From Nitrospirota bacterium (GTDB lineage Bacteria; Nitrospirota; UBA9217), in NCBI GenBank assembly GCA_963751455.1, contig CAVVUN010000002.1:611505-675504 (forward strand): 64,000 bases of DNA, written 5' to 3'. The notes beneath the pieces are model-generated. The model saw only the letters and a program-made list of their open reading frames with translations, did no database searches and was not told the DNA's origin. Below, in pieces: positions 9,643 to 19,848 of the stretch. The translations under genes and the position numbers were made by a program. Position 1 is the first letter of the stretch, and each line of letters begins with the position of its first letter.

Positions 9643-11132
9643 ATGGTTAAAAAAAATTGGATCTTGTTTGTTTTGTGTGTGGCTGTCGCAACAACAGCCA
9701 TGGTTCTGGGAGGCTGCGGAAAGGACAAATCCAGCGGTTCCGGGGCTGTCTTAAGCGCGCCTACTTTTACGCCAATTGACGGCGGCTATGCCGGCACTGA
9801 CACGTGTTTGTATTGCCATGACGGCATAAAAGCCTCCGACAAGAGAAGCTTTAAGCAGTCAGGCCATCCGTATAAGTATACGCACATAGGCGGCGTTGCG
9901 CCGGATTCAACACTGATTCCGAGCTTGTTCACCAGACCAGGAGCTACAAATACGGATTATCTCAACACCTTGAGCATAAACGGTTTAATGGTTGCGGACG
10001 GCAGCGATCTTCTTGACTGGTCGGTCATAAATTATACGATCGGCGGCTACGGCTGGAAGATCCGATGGGGCGTCAAGGACAATGTGAAGAGCGGCGGTAC
10101 TGACTCAACGGGTTTCGTATGGGCAGGAAACAAGGCCCAATATAACATCCGGGACGGTTCATGGTCAAAGTATCCGACCACCGTTCCGGCTGACAAAAAG
10201 TACGAGTGCGCAATATGCCACAACACGAACGGCATCGTCTTTACGTCCGGCTATTCCTGCTATACGGACCCGACAACAACTGCCGGCAGCCGCACCCAGC
10301 CCTGGGCGAAGAATGCCGGTATGACTGCTACCGGCTCCCATGGCGGCTATTACAGCTCCTGGACCTTTGACGGTGTTCAGTGCGAGGCATGCCATGGTCC
10401 CGGCGAGACCCATGCAAAATCATACTCCACGAAGCAAAACGTGCTTACATTGGCAGGCGGAACGTTGAAATCTGCGCCAAGTGCCACATCAGGGCTGAAA
10501 ACACAACGGGTGTCGGCGCTGAATGCGGAGGGGATTCAGATTCCAGAGTCCTGACTAACGGCGCTGTGGCATCGGGGACGACACCAACAACCGAGTTCAT
10601 TTCTCATCACGAGCAGTATAACGAGCTGGTCGGTTACAACGGCGACGGCGCACACGCAGCGCGCAAATGCACGGATTGCCATGATCCGCACAAGAGGTCA
10701 ACTAAAGTTGTAAGTTCAGTAGCCGCGCTGCTCGGTATCACCGATAACAATGATTCCGGGGAAACCAGAGGCGCCATCAAGGTGAGCTGCACAAGTTGCC
10801 ATGCCGGCTACAAATCATCGGGTTCCGGCAGCACCATGTCAAGCCTCGCTTGCATCGATTGCCACATGGCCGAGGCTACCAAATCGGCCACCGGCAAATC
10901 CGGAACATGGGGCGTCAAAGGCGATGTCAAGACCCATATCTTCAGAATCAGTACGAGTCCGACTGTAACGACCATCTTGAGAAAGAACGCTGACGGAAAA
11001 ACAATTGCGACCAACTACCTCACGTACAGATACGCATGCGGCAAGTGCCATGACACCAGTATAGGCGGCACAGTCAATATGAGCGAGGATGCAGTCAAAA
11101 CAAAAGCCGTGAACTACCACGGAACAAAGTAG
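9643..11132 (+). pseudogene. Octaheme c-type cytochrome lipoprotein, split by a one-base frameshift near 10436-10440
   Basis: Lipobox LGGC. CLYCH, CAICH, CEACH in ORF 9643-10554; CAKCH, CTDCH, CTSCH, CIDCH, CGKCH in ORF 10380-11132. One extra A in CAAAAC joins them. Confidence 0.85.
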
Positions 11133-11172
11133 AGCGCCGGCGCAAAAGCAAAATCTATATATAGCTCATTAT

Positions 11173-11203
11173 ATAAGGCGGGGGGAACCCCGCCTTATTT
11201 TTT
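11173..11203 (+). terminator. Rho-independent terminator
   Basis: ATAAGGCGGGG / CCCCGCCTTAT stem followed by a T run. Confidence 0.9.
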
Positions 11204-11375
11204 GCCCAGGCGGCATTATGCTCTGTTAGCCGCTTCAAAGATATAAATCTTCCTGTCAGAACTCTTTCCGGGCACGTCCTCCCGTTGCATCACGGTGACT
11301 CGCGCGGTATGCTTAGTAGCAGAAACGTGCCATTGACTTCAAATCAGATCTTTCCGTAAAACAGGAAGCACAGCC

Positions 11376-11792
11376 ATGAAGTTTTTGCAGCGCATATTAT
11401 TGTCCGTGCTCGTTGCAGTCACCATGATTGTCATGTACGTCCTGGACGGCAACTGCAAAGATAATTATTCGGTCGAGATCAGGAGTAACAAGGAACTGGG
11501 ACGGTACCTGGCCGATGCAAAAGGTATGACACTGTATTATTTTCAAATGGATGCAAAAGGGAAAAGCGCGTGCGCCGGCGACTGCGCAAAGCAATGGCCC
11601 CCTTTTTATGCGGAAAAACCGTTACCGAATCCGAACCTGGAGGCATCAGACTTGGGACTGATAACAAGAGAGGACGGCAAGAAACAGTCCTCCTATAAGG
11701 GCATGCCGTTGTATCGCCATTCCCGCGATCAAAAGCCGGGCGATACAAAAGGCCAGGGTAAATACGGCATGTGGTTTGCTGCAACACCATAA
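11376..11792 (+). CDS. COG4315-type secreted repeat protein (Y-X4-D, Lipoprotein_15)
   Basis: GMTLYYFQMD..C.G.C...WPP and YKGMPLY....D..PGD.KGQG...W repeats. Confidence 0.85.
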   Translation: MKFLQRILLSVLVAVTMIVMYVLDGNCKDNYSVEIRSNKELGRYLADAKGMTLYYFQMDAKGKSACAGDCAKQWPPFYAEKPLPNPNLEASDLGLITREDGKKQSSYKGMPLYRHSRDQKPGDTKGQGKYGMWFAATP

Positions 11793-11887
11793 ACAGAATG
11801 ATGGCACATTAGACGAAAAACAGCAGAACAAGCCATATATAAGATTTTACCTCTCAGTTACTTTTCCAGCAAAGGAGGTTGAGCGAC

Positions 11888-12382
11888 ATGACGCCGTTAT
11901 CGACAAAAGACGCCGGAAATAGGAAGATGAAACGATCGAATATCATCGTTCTGGCCGTAATCGCGGGCTTCATTGCCATTGCCGTGGTAATATTCCTTCT
12001 GCACGGTCCGCCTCAGCTGCTGGCAAAGTCTGAGTCGCCTGATTTCTGCTCGCAATGCCATGTAATGGAGTCCCAGTACGAGTCGTGGATGCACCAGGGT
12101 GCGCATAGAAGAAAACTCTGCGTTGATTGCCATTTGCCCAACGATAATGCGGCGGTCCATTATGTGTGGAAGTCCATTGACGGGTTGAAAGACGTTTTAT
12201 TCTTCTATTCGGGTATGACGCCTGAGCATATAGAACTCTCTTCTCATGGAGCGGACGTCGTGCGTGCAAACTGCATACGGTGCCATGAAAGCACCGTATC
12301 CATGATAAGCCATGAAAGAAAATGCTGGGATTGTCACCGTCGTATCATGCACAAGCGCAGCGGGTCGATTGAAACGGTTTAG
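11888..12382 (+). CDS. nrfH: Cytochrome c nitrite reductase small subunit (tetraheme)
   Basis: N-terminal TM helix; CSQCH, CVDCH, CIRCH, CWDCH; directly upstream of nrfA. Alternative start at 11926 region not excluded. Confidence 0.93.
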   Translation: MTPLSTKDAGNRKMKRSNIIVLAVIAGFIAIAVVIFLLHGPPQLLAKSESPDFCSQCHVMESQYESWMHQGAHRRKLCVDCHLPNDNAAVHYVWKSIDGLKDVLFFYSGMTPEHIELSSHGADVVRANCIRCHESTVSMISHERKCWDCHRRIMHKRSGSIETV

Positions 12383-12448
12383 TCCTGATCATAGGATGAC
12401 TTCAGCCGGGGCGTGAAGCCCGGATTATGCCGACAAGGAGGGGTAATC

Positions 12449-13912
12449 ATGAAAAAAGTCAACTATCAAGTCCTTATTGCACTGGCAATGATCATGACCG
12501 TCATATTCATTATCGGCTGCTCTTCACCTAAAAGCGAACAGGTCAGGCCGGTAAAAATATCTGACGGCGAGATGGACCCGGGCGTTTGGGGGAAGGCGTA
12601 TCCCGATGAATATGAACTGTGGAAAAGGACCGGCGAACCCACGCCGGCAGATAAGAGTAAATACAAAAAGGGGTACGATGCGGACAAGGTCGTGTACGAT
12701 AAGCTTGCAGAATTCCCCTATATGGCGCTGCTGTTCAACGGATGGGGGTTTGGCGTTGAATACAATGAACCGCGCGGACATCTATTCATGGTAAAGGACC
12801 AGCTTGAAGTCGATCCGTCACGGGTAAAGGCGGGGGGCGTCTGTCTCAGCTGCAAATCTCCCTATGCAGCCGGTCTGGAGAAATCCATGGGCCGGGATTA
12901 TTATTCCGGGCCGTATAAGGAAGTCCTCGGCCGGATTCCCGAAAAGCACCGACAGCTCGGCGCAGCATGTATAGATTGCCACGACAACAAGGATATGTCG
13001 CTCAAGATCTCCCGCCAATTCACTCTTGGCGCAGCCTTGAAGGATATGGGAGTGGAGGAGGACAAACTCACGCGGCAGGAGATGAGGACGGCCGTCTGCG
13101 CGCAGTGTCATGTCACGTACGTGGTGGGCAAGGACAAGGACATGAAATCCGTTTCGGTCTTTTTCCCGTGGCAGGGAAGCAAATGGGGCGGCATCAGCAT
13201 CGAGAATATCATCAAGAAAATCCGGAGCGATCCCTCCTACGGGGAATGGAAACAGAACGTAACCGGTTTTAAACTTGCATTCATACGGCATCCGGAATTC
13301 GAGATGCTGTCGAATAACAGTGTGCACTGGAAAGCGGGCGCATCGTGCGCCGACTGCCACATGCCGTACACCAAGATAGGGGTCAGCAAGGTCTCGAACC
13401 ACCGCGTCATGAGCCCGCTCAAGAACGGCATGCGGCCGTGCATGCAGTGCCATACTGAAACTGCCGAATGGCTTACCCAACAGGTGACTGCCATCCAGGA
13501 CAGGACCGCAGCGCAGATGATCCGGTCCGGGTATGCGACCGCAACGGTTGCCAAGCTTTTTGAAATGACGCACAAGGCAAAGGAGGCCGGCAAGAAGATT
13601 GATCAGGGTCTGTATGACAAGGCAAAGGACTATTACGAAGAGGCATTTTACCGCAGCGTTTTTGTGGGTGCTGAGAATTCCGTCGGTTTCCATAATCCAA
13701 CCGAGGCCATGAGGATCCTCGCGGACTCTACTGCATTTGCGACGAAGGCGGAAGCGCTTCTTCGCCAGGCGCTGACAGTCGCAGGAGTAGACGTGCCGAT
13801 ACAGGTCGACCTTGAACTGCATAAATATCTCGACAACAGGGGAGAAAAGAAACTGAAGGGGAACCCCAAATTCGAGATTAAGGACCCGACCGGGGTGCAG
13901 TATATGTTCTAG
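12449..13912 (+). CDS. nrfA: Ammonia-forming cytochrome c nitrite reductase
   Basis: YNEPRGH, CLSCK (Lys-ligated heme 1), CIDCH, CAQCHVTY, RHPEFE, CADCHMP, CMQCH, ENSVGFHNP. Confidence 0.96.
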   Translation: MKKVNYQVLIALAMIMTVIFIIGCSSPKSEQVRPVKISDGEMDPGVWGKAYPDEYELWKRTGEPTPADKSKYKKGYDADKVVYDKLAEFPYMALLFNGWGFGVEYNEPRGHLFMVKDQLEVDPSRVKAGGVCLSCKSPYAAGLEKSMGRDYYSGPYKEVLGRIPEKHRQLGAACIDCHDNKDMSLKISRQFTLGAALKDMGVEEDKLTRQEMRTAVCAQCHVTYVVGKDKDMKSVSVFFPWQGSKWGGISIENIIKKIRSDPSYGEWKQNVTGFKLAFIRHPEFEMLSNNSVHWKAGASCADCHMPYTKIGVSKVSNHRVMSPLKNGMRPCMQCHTETAEWLTQQVTAIQDRTAAQMIRSGYATATVAKLFEMTHKAKEAGKKIDQGLYDKAKDYYEEAFYRSVFVGAENSVGFHNPTEAMRILADSTAFATKAEALLRQALTVAGVDVPIQVDLELHKYLDNRGEKKLKGNPKFEIKDPTGVQYMF

Positions 13913-13916
13913 CTAG

Positions 13917-14122
13917 TGTAGTGTCTCTTAAATGGATGGTGTTATATGATCATTTCTCATCGAACTTATCTTCGCATAAATATTTGCTGATGAATTTGTA
14001 GGGCGACCCTTTAGGGTTGCTGCTGTTCCGGCGCTTTCAGCAAGGCTAAAGCCTTGCCCTACAAGTTTGGCTGCGGCCTACTGCCGCGCTATGATAACAC
14101 CAGTCGTTTGTGAGACACTACA
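13917..14122. mobile_element. MITE with TGTAGTGTCTC TIRs, copy 1 of 3
   Basis: Near-identical to 44910-45113 and 48837-49040. CTAG on the left only. Encloses the GTAG-REP doublet GTAGGGCGACCCTTTAGGGTTGC / GCAAGGCTAAAGCCTTGCCCTAC. Confidence 0.9.
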
Positions 14123-14214
14123 GTAAATCCAACAGTTCTTCACTTATTTTTCTGTCATCCTGAACGAATCGAAGAATCTCATGTATATGAAAAAGCGAGG
14201 TTCTTCCTTCGGAA

Positions 14215-14274
14215 GGCGTGGACGCGCCAGTATGGGTCGATCTGGAGCAGCAGAAATACCTGGACAACAGGGGA
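14215..14274 (+). pseudogene. Relic of a second nrfA 3' end
   Basis: Translates as GVDAPVWVDLEQQKYLDNRG versus GVDVPIQVDLELHKYLDNRG in nrfA. Confidence 0.7.
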
Positions 14275-14358
14275 GCGGAAGTGCTTCTGCGGCAGGAGCT
14301 GCTGCCCCACGTGAAAATCCCTAAATTGTGTCAGATTTTATTTAATGCGTTCCTGCGC

Positions 14359-14398
14359 AAAAAAAACCCGGAAAGCAGAAGCTCTTTCCGGGTTTTTT
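14359..14398. terminator. Bidirectional terminator
   Basis: A8-CCCGGAAAG...CTTTCCGGG-T6 between convergent genes. Confidence 0.85.
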
Positions 14399-14412
14399 AA
14401 CTCCAGCGATGA

Positions 14413-14754
14413 TCACATGCAGATAGTATAGCCGCCATAGATAGAGCAGTTTGTGAAGCCATAGGTTGCACAGGTCTGGCCGCCATGAAACACGCCCGAC
14501 ATATAGCCGCAGGTCGCCTCGTCAACGCCCTCATAACAACCCCAGCTGTTGACTATACAGGCCCCTGTTCCGCCGCCACCCCCGCCACCTCCACCGCCAC
14601 TGCCGGCATCGTTCGTTCCGGTGCCACTACTGACGATATCATCGATGGTCGTGCGAGGCGCAGTCATCTTATCTCCAGTGCCGCAGCCGAGAGCGAGGAG
14701 CAGCAAGGTGAGGGTGATCAAAATCATTAAAAAAAATACAATTTTATTCGGCAT
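14413..14754 (-). CDS. Small lipoprotein with a poly-Gly linker and Cys-rich C-terminal domain
   Basis: AAGGAG RBS, lipobox ALGC, long Gly run, six Cys in GACIVNSWGC...TICM. Confidence 0.7.
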   Translation of the reverse strand: MPNKIVFFLMILITLTLLLLALGCGTGDKMTAPRTTIDDIVSSGTGTNDAGSGGGGGGGGGGTGACIVNSWGCYEGVDEATCGYMSGVFHGGQTCATYGFTNCSIYGGYTICM

Positions 14755-14832
14755 GGTTTCTCCTTTTGCGCTCGCTGATCCGGGTCGTTTATGCTTTATG
14801 AGCAGTTCCCGGAACAACGCCGTCGGCTTTTC

Positions 14833-15369
14833 CTAGAAATAGAAATTCGCGTTCACGCCGACAGTACGCGTGCCGAAATAGTTCGAATCAGTATCGGCGT
14901 TATCATCGCTGATCAGCCCAAACCCGACGCCCACGGCGCCCTCGAGGCTGAATTGCTTGCCAAGGAAATATTCCCCGCCGAAAACAGCGGATACATCAAC
15001 CTGGGTCAGGTCTATGCCGGCATTGTCATCTTCAAACATGGCAAGGGACAATTTCGCGCCGACGAAGGGAGCAAAATCATCGACCTTCAGATACTTGCGT
15101 ACGCCGCCTGCAAGGCTCAGATAGGTGGCGTCAGCGTCTCCGCCATCAACCCGAAGTCCGAACCCGGCGATGATTGCCATGTCTTTGGTTATTAAATAGC
15201 GCGCACTGAGATCAACGACATCAGCGGCATTTCCAACGGTCCCCACAACACTGTCTCCCATTCCCACGCTGATGCTGGTCTTTCCCTGCTGCAGGCTGTT
15301 TGCTGCAAATGCGCTTCCGATTCCGATTGCCAGGACGAGTGCGACTGTGATTACGATAATTCTTTTCAT
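14833..15369 (-). CDS. Small outer membrane beta-barrel protein
   Basis: Signal peptide ending AFA, alternating strands, C-terminal NFYF; AAGGAG RBS. Confidence 0.85.
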   Translation of the reverse strand: MKRIIVITVALVLAIGIGSAFAANSLQQGKTSISVGMGDSVVGTVGNAADVVDLSARYLITKDMAIIAGFGLRVDGGDADATYLSLAGGVRKYLKVDDFAPFVGAKLSLAMFEDDNAGIDLTQVDVSAVFGGEYFLGKQFSLEGAVGVGFGLISDDNADTDSNYFGTRTVGVNANFYF

Positions 15370-15706
15370 GTATTCTCTCCTTTAAACATTAGTTTGTGAT
15401 GTGTGAAATTTGGAGAAAAAAGCAAAACTGCGACATAGCTAGTGTTCGGAGCTTATTAGCCCACCTCCTTTCAGGTGATTGCACAATACTGCAGAATTTA
15501 ATTAATTCTAAAGTATTGCAATTAATATTATATAGTACCGAAGCTGTGTTTTTGTCAAGGTCATTTTTCAACTATTTTTTGTTTTTTTTTGGTAAGTTTT
15601 TGGCTTTTGATCAAAGAATAATGCGTGCATGCAACCAAAAATAGCTTGTGAGACTACGAAATATGGAAGCAAAATTAACGCGGGGTTATCAGCAGGACTC
15701 AAAAAT

Positions 15707-16702
15707 TTAATAGTGGTAGGCCTGACTTCCCACCTTGCCGCTGAAAATAATATAGCTGTATACCGTATAACCGATAACGATCGGCAGAATAATTGCGGCT
15801 CCCCAGAGTGTAAACTCAAGAGTTTTTATCTGAGCCGCAGCATCGACGAACGTCACATCAGGCGGAATGGCATAGGGATACACAGACGCAAACAACGAGA
15901 TATATCCGGCGAAAAAGAAGGACACACTGAAAATAAACGGCATGCGTTCACGGCGCACGCGGATGCTTTTGATAATCCCGTAAAAGGATAACACGCTGAG
16001 TGCAGGAAGAAGCCAGAGAAAATAGATTCGCGGCAGCGAAAGCCAGTTTGAGAGCACCATCGGGTAATGGAAAGGCGTCCAAACAATCATCACGATTTGA
16101 AAGATCAGCACGACACAGGCTGACCAGAAGGCCTGATGAAACGCCCTTTCCTGCACTCTTCCCGTTGTTTTGAGGATGAGATACGTGGAGGCGAGAAGAA
16201 CATAGCCTGCTATCAACCCGGTTGCAGCGCAAATTGAAAAAAGATTCAGCCAGTCTAAAGAACCGCCTGAGAAGCTGCTTTCAGCCACCCGGATTCCGGA
16301 CAGGATCCCGCCGAGTGTAAGCCCCTGGGACACCACTGCGGTCAGGCTGCCCAGGAAAAATGCCCTGTCCCATCTGCTTTTTCGTGAAGCATTGCTCCGA
16401 AATTCGAAAGAAACACCGCGGAAGATAAGGCCGTACAAAAATGTAAAGAGAGGAACATACAGGGCGCTGAAGAGCACGGCGTACATCATCGGAAATGCGA
16501 CAAAAAGGCCGCCTCCGCTGAAAACAAGCCAAGTCTGGTTGGCGTCCCAGACCGGCGCTATGCTGTTCATAAGCGTGTTGCGTTCTTCCTCGCTTTTCGT
16601 GAACGGAAACAACAGCCCGATTCCGAGGCCGAAGCCGTCCAGGATTACGTAGAGGATGAGGGCAAGCCCAAGAAGGGCGATCCAGATGTTGACAAGGTCC
16701 AT
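15707..16702 (-). CDS. cydB: Cytochrome bd oxidase subunit II
   Basis: LYVILDGFGLGIG, PVWDANQTWLV, RGVSFEFR. Confidence 0.95.
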   Translation of the reverse strand: MDLVNIWIALLGLALILYVILDGFGLGIGLLFPFTKSEEERNTLMNSIAPVWDANQTWLVFSGGGLFVAFPMMYAVLFSALYVPLFTFLYGLIFRGVSFEFRSNASRKSRWDRAFFLGSLTAVVSQGLTLGGILSGIRVAESSFSGGSLDWLNLFSICAATGLIAGYVLLASTYLILKTTGRVQERAFHQAFWSACVVLIFQIVMIVWTPFHYPMVLSNWLSLPRIYFLWLLPALSVLSFYGIIKSIRVRRERMPFIFSVSFFFAGYISLFASVYPYAIPPDVTFVDAAAQIKTLEFTLWGAAIILPIVIGYTVYSYIIFSGKVGSQAYHY

Positions 16703-16779
16703 GAATACCGCCAAAGAAGTGTCAGAGTGTCGAAGTATCAAGTGTCACAGTGTCGATTCGTCGAAGAAACTCTGCCTAT

Positions 16780-18141
16780 TTATGATAGCGGCCTCATCCC
16801 GGCGGGCCGCTGTACAGCCGGTATGGGACTGGAAAGGTCCGGTCCCCGCTGTATTATCTTGAGAACGTAATATGCATAGATTGAACCGATGGCCGCAAAG
16901 ATGATCAGAAAAAGGGTCAGGGACCAGACAACATTGCCGGCAGGGATAGGAGAGATGCCCTCAGCGGTCCTCATCATATTGTATACGAGCCAGGGCTGGC
17001 GGCCGACTTCGGTCGAGATCCATCCTGCTTCTACTGCTACAAAACCGAGGGGATGCGTGATCAGGAGCGTCCGGAGAAAAGGGCGGTGTTCGAAAAGCCT
17101 CCTTTTTCTCAGGAGCAGCACTGCCCATACCATGACGAGAAAATACAGCGTTCCGATTCCTATCATGATCCTGAACGCCCAGAACAAGACCGGGACATAG
17201 GGCCGATTTTCTCTCCTGACTTCCTTCAGTCCGCTTACCCTGCCTTTTAAGGAATGAGTGGCCAGGAGGCTGAGTCCGCTCGGTATGGAAATCTCAAGGA
17301 TGTTTCGTTCAGCCTCCATATCAGGAAAGGCAACGACTGCGAAGTCAGCTCCCCGGTCGATGTTCGTATCCCAGTGACCTTCCAGGGCCGCCAGCTTGAC
17401 GGGTTGATGCGTGAACACGCTCCGGCCGCTCATGTCGCCCAGTACGATCTGAAGCGGCGCAAATACCGCGGCCATTGCGAGCGCAAGCCCGAGGGAACGA
17501 CGGAAGAGCCTTATGTGGGAGTTGTTCAGCAGGTAATACGCGCTGACGCCTGCGACCACGAATACGGAGGTTTCGAGCCCCGCCATGGTCATATGATACA
17601 CGCGGACCCAGGTGGAAGGATTCAGGATTGCACTATTAAAATCAATGACGGTGAATCTGCCATCCATCACAGCAAACCCCGCAGGCGTCTGCATCCAGGA
17701 ATTTGCGGCAAGGATCCAGAACGAGGAAATGATTGTCCCCGCTGCCACAAGGCATGTGGCAAGGAAATGCATGTGACGGCTGACCCTGTTCCACCCGAAC
17801 AGCATGATGCCGAGAAAGCCCGATTCGAGAAAGAACGCGGTCATGACCTCGAAGGCCAGAAGAGGGGAAATCACGTTGCCCGCCATCTGGGAAAAACGCG
17901 AAAAGTTTGTGCCGAATTCAAATTCGAGCACGATCCCGGTGACGACGCCGACTCCGAAATTGACAGCGAAGAACCTCGTCCAGAAGCGGTACATACGGTA
18001 ATACAGCTCTTCCCTGGTCCTGAGCCAAAGAAACTCAATGACAACAAGGTAAACCGAAAGCCCGATGGTCAGCGTGGGGAAGAGAATATGGAACAGCGTT
18101 GTTACTCCGAATTGTATCCGGGAGAGCAGAACGGTATCCAT
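16780..18141 (-). CDS. cydA: Cytochrome bd oxidase subunit I (short Q-loop)
   Basis: SRIQF...FHILF, GVVTG..LEFEFGTN, FFLE, NSWMQTP, QPVKLAALE, EVGRQPW. Confidence 0.96.
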   Translation of the reverse strand: MDTVLLSRIQFGVTTLFHILFPTLTIGLSVYLVVIEFLWLRTREELYYRMYRFWTRFFAVNFGVGVVTGIVLEFEFGTNFSRFSQMAGNVISPLLAFEVMTAFFLESGFLGIMLFGWNRVSRHMHFLATCLVAAGTIISSFWILAANSWMQTPAGFAVMDGRFTVIDFNSAILNPSTWVRVYHMTMAGLETSVFVVAGVSAYYLLNNSHIRLFRRSLGLALAMAAVFAPLQIVLGDMSGRSVFTHQPVKLAALEGHWDTNIDRGADFAVVAFPDMEAERNILEISIPSGLSLLATHSLKGRVSGLKEVRRENRPYVPVLFWAFRIMIGIGTLYFLVMVWAVLLLRKRRLFEHRPFLRTLLITHPLGFVAVEAGWISTEVGRQPWLVYNMMRTAEGISPIPAGNVVWSLTLFLIIFAAIGSIYAYYVLKIIQRGPDLSSPIPAVQRPAGMRPLS

Positions 18142-18420
18142 GCAATGCCTCGCAGTGAAGGTATATCATTAATGATAGCACGAGCGGATTTAGTCAGTTA
18201 CAAGTCAAATTCTTCTCAAAATGGGGAGAATATTTACCGCGAAGGCGCGAAGAACGCGAAGGACATCAAAACAAAGAGGATTTTGTTTTAATTCAAGACT
18301 TGCAAGGTTTTCTTCGCGACCTTCGCGCCTGGTTTATTGCTGTCAAGTATTTTTATTCTTTTTTATGTTTTATCTTTCTTCAAGCTTTGGCTTAAAAGAA
18401 TGACTTCGATCTTAGGTGCG

Positions 18421-18573
18421 GCACCTCGCCCAATCCTGGTATTAGAGGGTCTCGACAGAGCCCAAACCTTGCTTTATTGGGACTAAGGTGCAAGCGGGGA
18501 GTTATGTAAGCTTTGCGAGAAGGTCGGCATAGCCGCCTTAGATGGCGCGAACGATAATCTCCCCCGCCTGCAC
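18421..18573 (-). ncRNA. Putative IS110 bridge RNA (target-binding loop, then donor-binding loop)
   Basis: Two stem/internal-loop/hairpin units. Loop segments TTCGCGCC and TCGCAAAG match the target; AAAGCAAG and AATACCAG match the circle junction. Confidence 0.8.
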
Positions 18574-18588
18574 GCTAAAACATTTGAG

Positions 18589-19848
18589 TTACGCAGCCTC
18601 GAGCTGAAACGATTTTTTTATGTAATCTTCTTCGTAAACGCTATGATCACGTACGACGGCAAATATGATTCCGAGAAGCTTCCGCGCGACAGCGATCAGC
18701 GCTTTGGTCTTGATCATTCCACGATCGAGATACCGCCGATACTGTTGGTGCATTACGCCGTCTTTGCGAACGGTATTGAGCGCGGCAAAGTACAGAAGTT
18801 TCCGGAGCAGCGGCCGGCCTCGCTTGGAAATGCGGCGCGTCCCTCTATGCTTGCCCGAGCTGATCTCAAAGAGGTCAAAACCGGCGAGCTTCATGATCTC
18901 CCCGAGGGTGCTGAACTTTCGGAAATCGCCCACTTCGCCGATGAGACCGGCAGCGGTGACCTCGCCGATCCCTTTGAACGAAAGAATCGAGTTGCTGTAG
19001 GGAATCTGCTGAAGTTGAAGAACCATCTCCGCTTCCAGTTCGGAGTTAAATTGCTCAGAGACCTCCATAGCGGCAAGAATCGCTCGGATCTCTCGGAGGA
19101 TGCTGGCTTGGCCTTCGGTTACGCCTACGGACGATTCTGCGGCCTCGTAGAGCGCTTGGGCTCGGTCTGCTCCAAGCTTGCCCCGGCTCACCTTTCTGAT
19201 CGTCTGGGTGAGCTTGTCAACGCATTGCGCCGCAATCTCCTTTGGTGTCGGGCAGTGTTTCAAAAGATGTTTCGCAGTTGCCGTCTTTACATCTTTCATT
19301 ACCTGCTTAAACTCTGGAAAAATGATCGCGATCAAGCCCTGAAGCTGATTCACCAATGCCGTGTGACGCTGGGTGCTCCTCTCTCTGGCCTGGGTCAGCC
19401 TCCGAAGCTCGGCGGCGGGACCTTCCGGGATCACCACGCTCAGGGCATGTCCAAGCTCTATGATGTCGGCAATGACCTTGGGGTCTTTCTGGTCCGTCTT
19501 GTTCGGAGAATTGCCCTGGAGCTCTTTAACTCTCTTGGTGTGCATGGGATTTACCTGTACAAGTCGCACGTCTCGCGCCCGCATGAAATGCACCAGAGCC
19601 TCGGCGTACGACCCGGTGGATTCGTATCCAAAGACAATTTCGTCGAGATTATGGATTTCCTTCGCCCGGGATATCCGCTGCCAGAATTCGTGGAAACCCG
19701 ACCCGTTGTTCGAGAAAGGAAAACTCTTCACGTCGGTTCCATCCGGACAGCGCCAGTACCCGTAATGTTTGTCTTTGCCCATATCAGCGGTCACGATAAG
19801 AGATTTTCCATTGACTACTCTAAACTTTTTTGTTTTAATCTTCTTCAA
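18589..19848 (-). CDS. IS110 DEDD recombinase/transposase
   Basis: TTG start with GAGG RBS; D(MGK), ESTG, KTDQKD, GIGEVTAAGLIGE, SSGK...ISKRG...LR, AVARKL. Confidence 0.95.
   Translation of the reverse strand: MKKIKTKKFRVVNGKSLIVTADMGKDKHYGYWRCPDGTDVKSFPFSNNGSGFHEFWQRISRAKEIHNLDEIVFGYESTGSYAEALVHFMRARDVRLVQVNPMHTKRVKELQGNSPNKTDQKDPKVIADIIELGHALSVVIPEGPAAELRRLTQARERSTQRHTALVNQLQGLIAIIFPEFKQVMKDVKTATAKHLLKHCPTPKEIAAQCVDKLTQTIRKVSRGKLGADRAQALYEAAESSVGVTEGQASILREIRAILAAMEVSEQFNSELEAEMVLQLQQIPYSNSILSFKGIGEVTAAGLIGEVGDFRKFSTLGEIMKLAGFDLFEISSGKHRGTRRISKRGRPLLRKLLYFAALNTVRKDGVMHQQYRRYLDRGMIKTKALIAVARKLLGIIFAVVRDHSVYEEDYIKKSFQLEAA

Noticed and set aside
14218-14400. 60-aa ORF as a real gene
   Set aside because: Only the first ~19 codons are an nrfA relic; the rest runs through a terminator.
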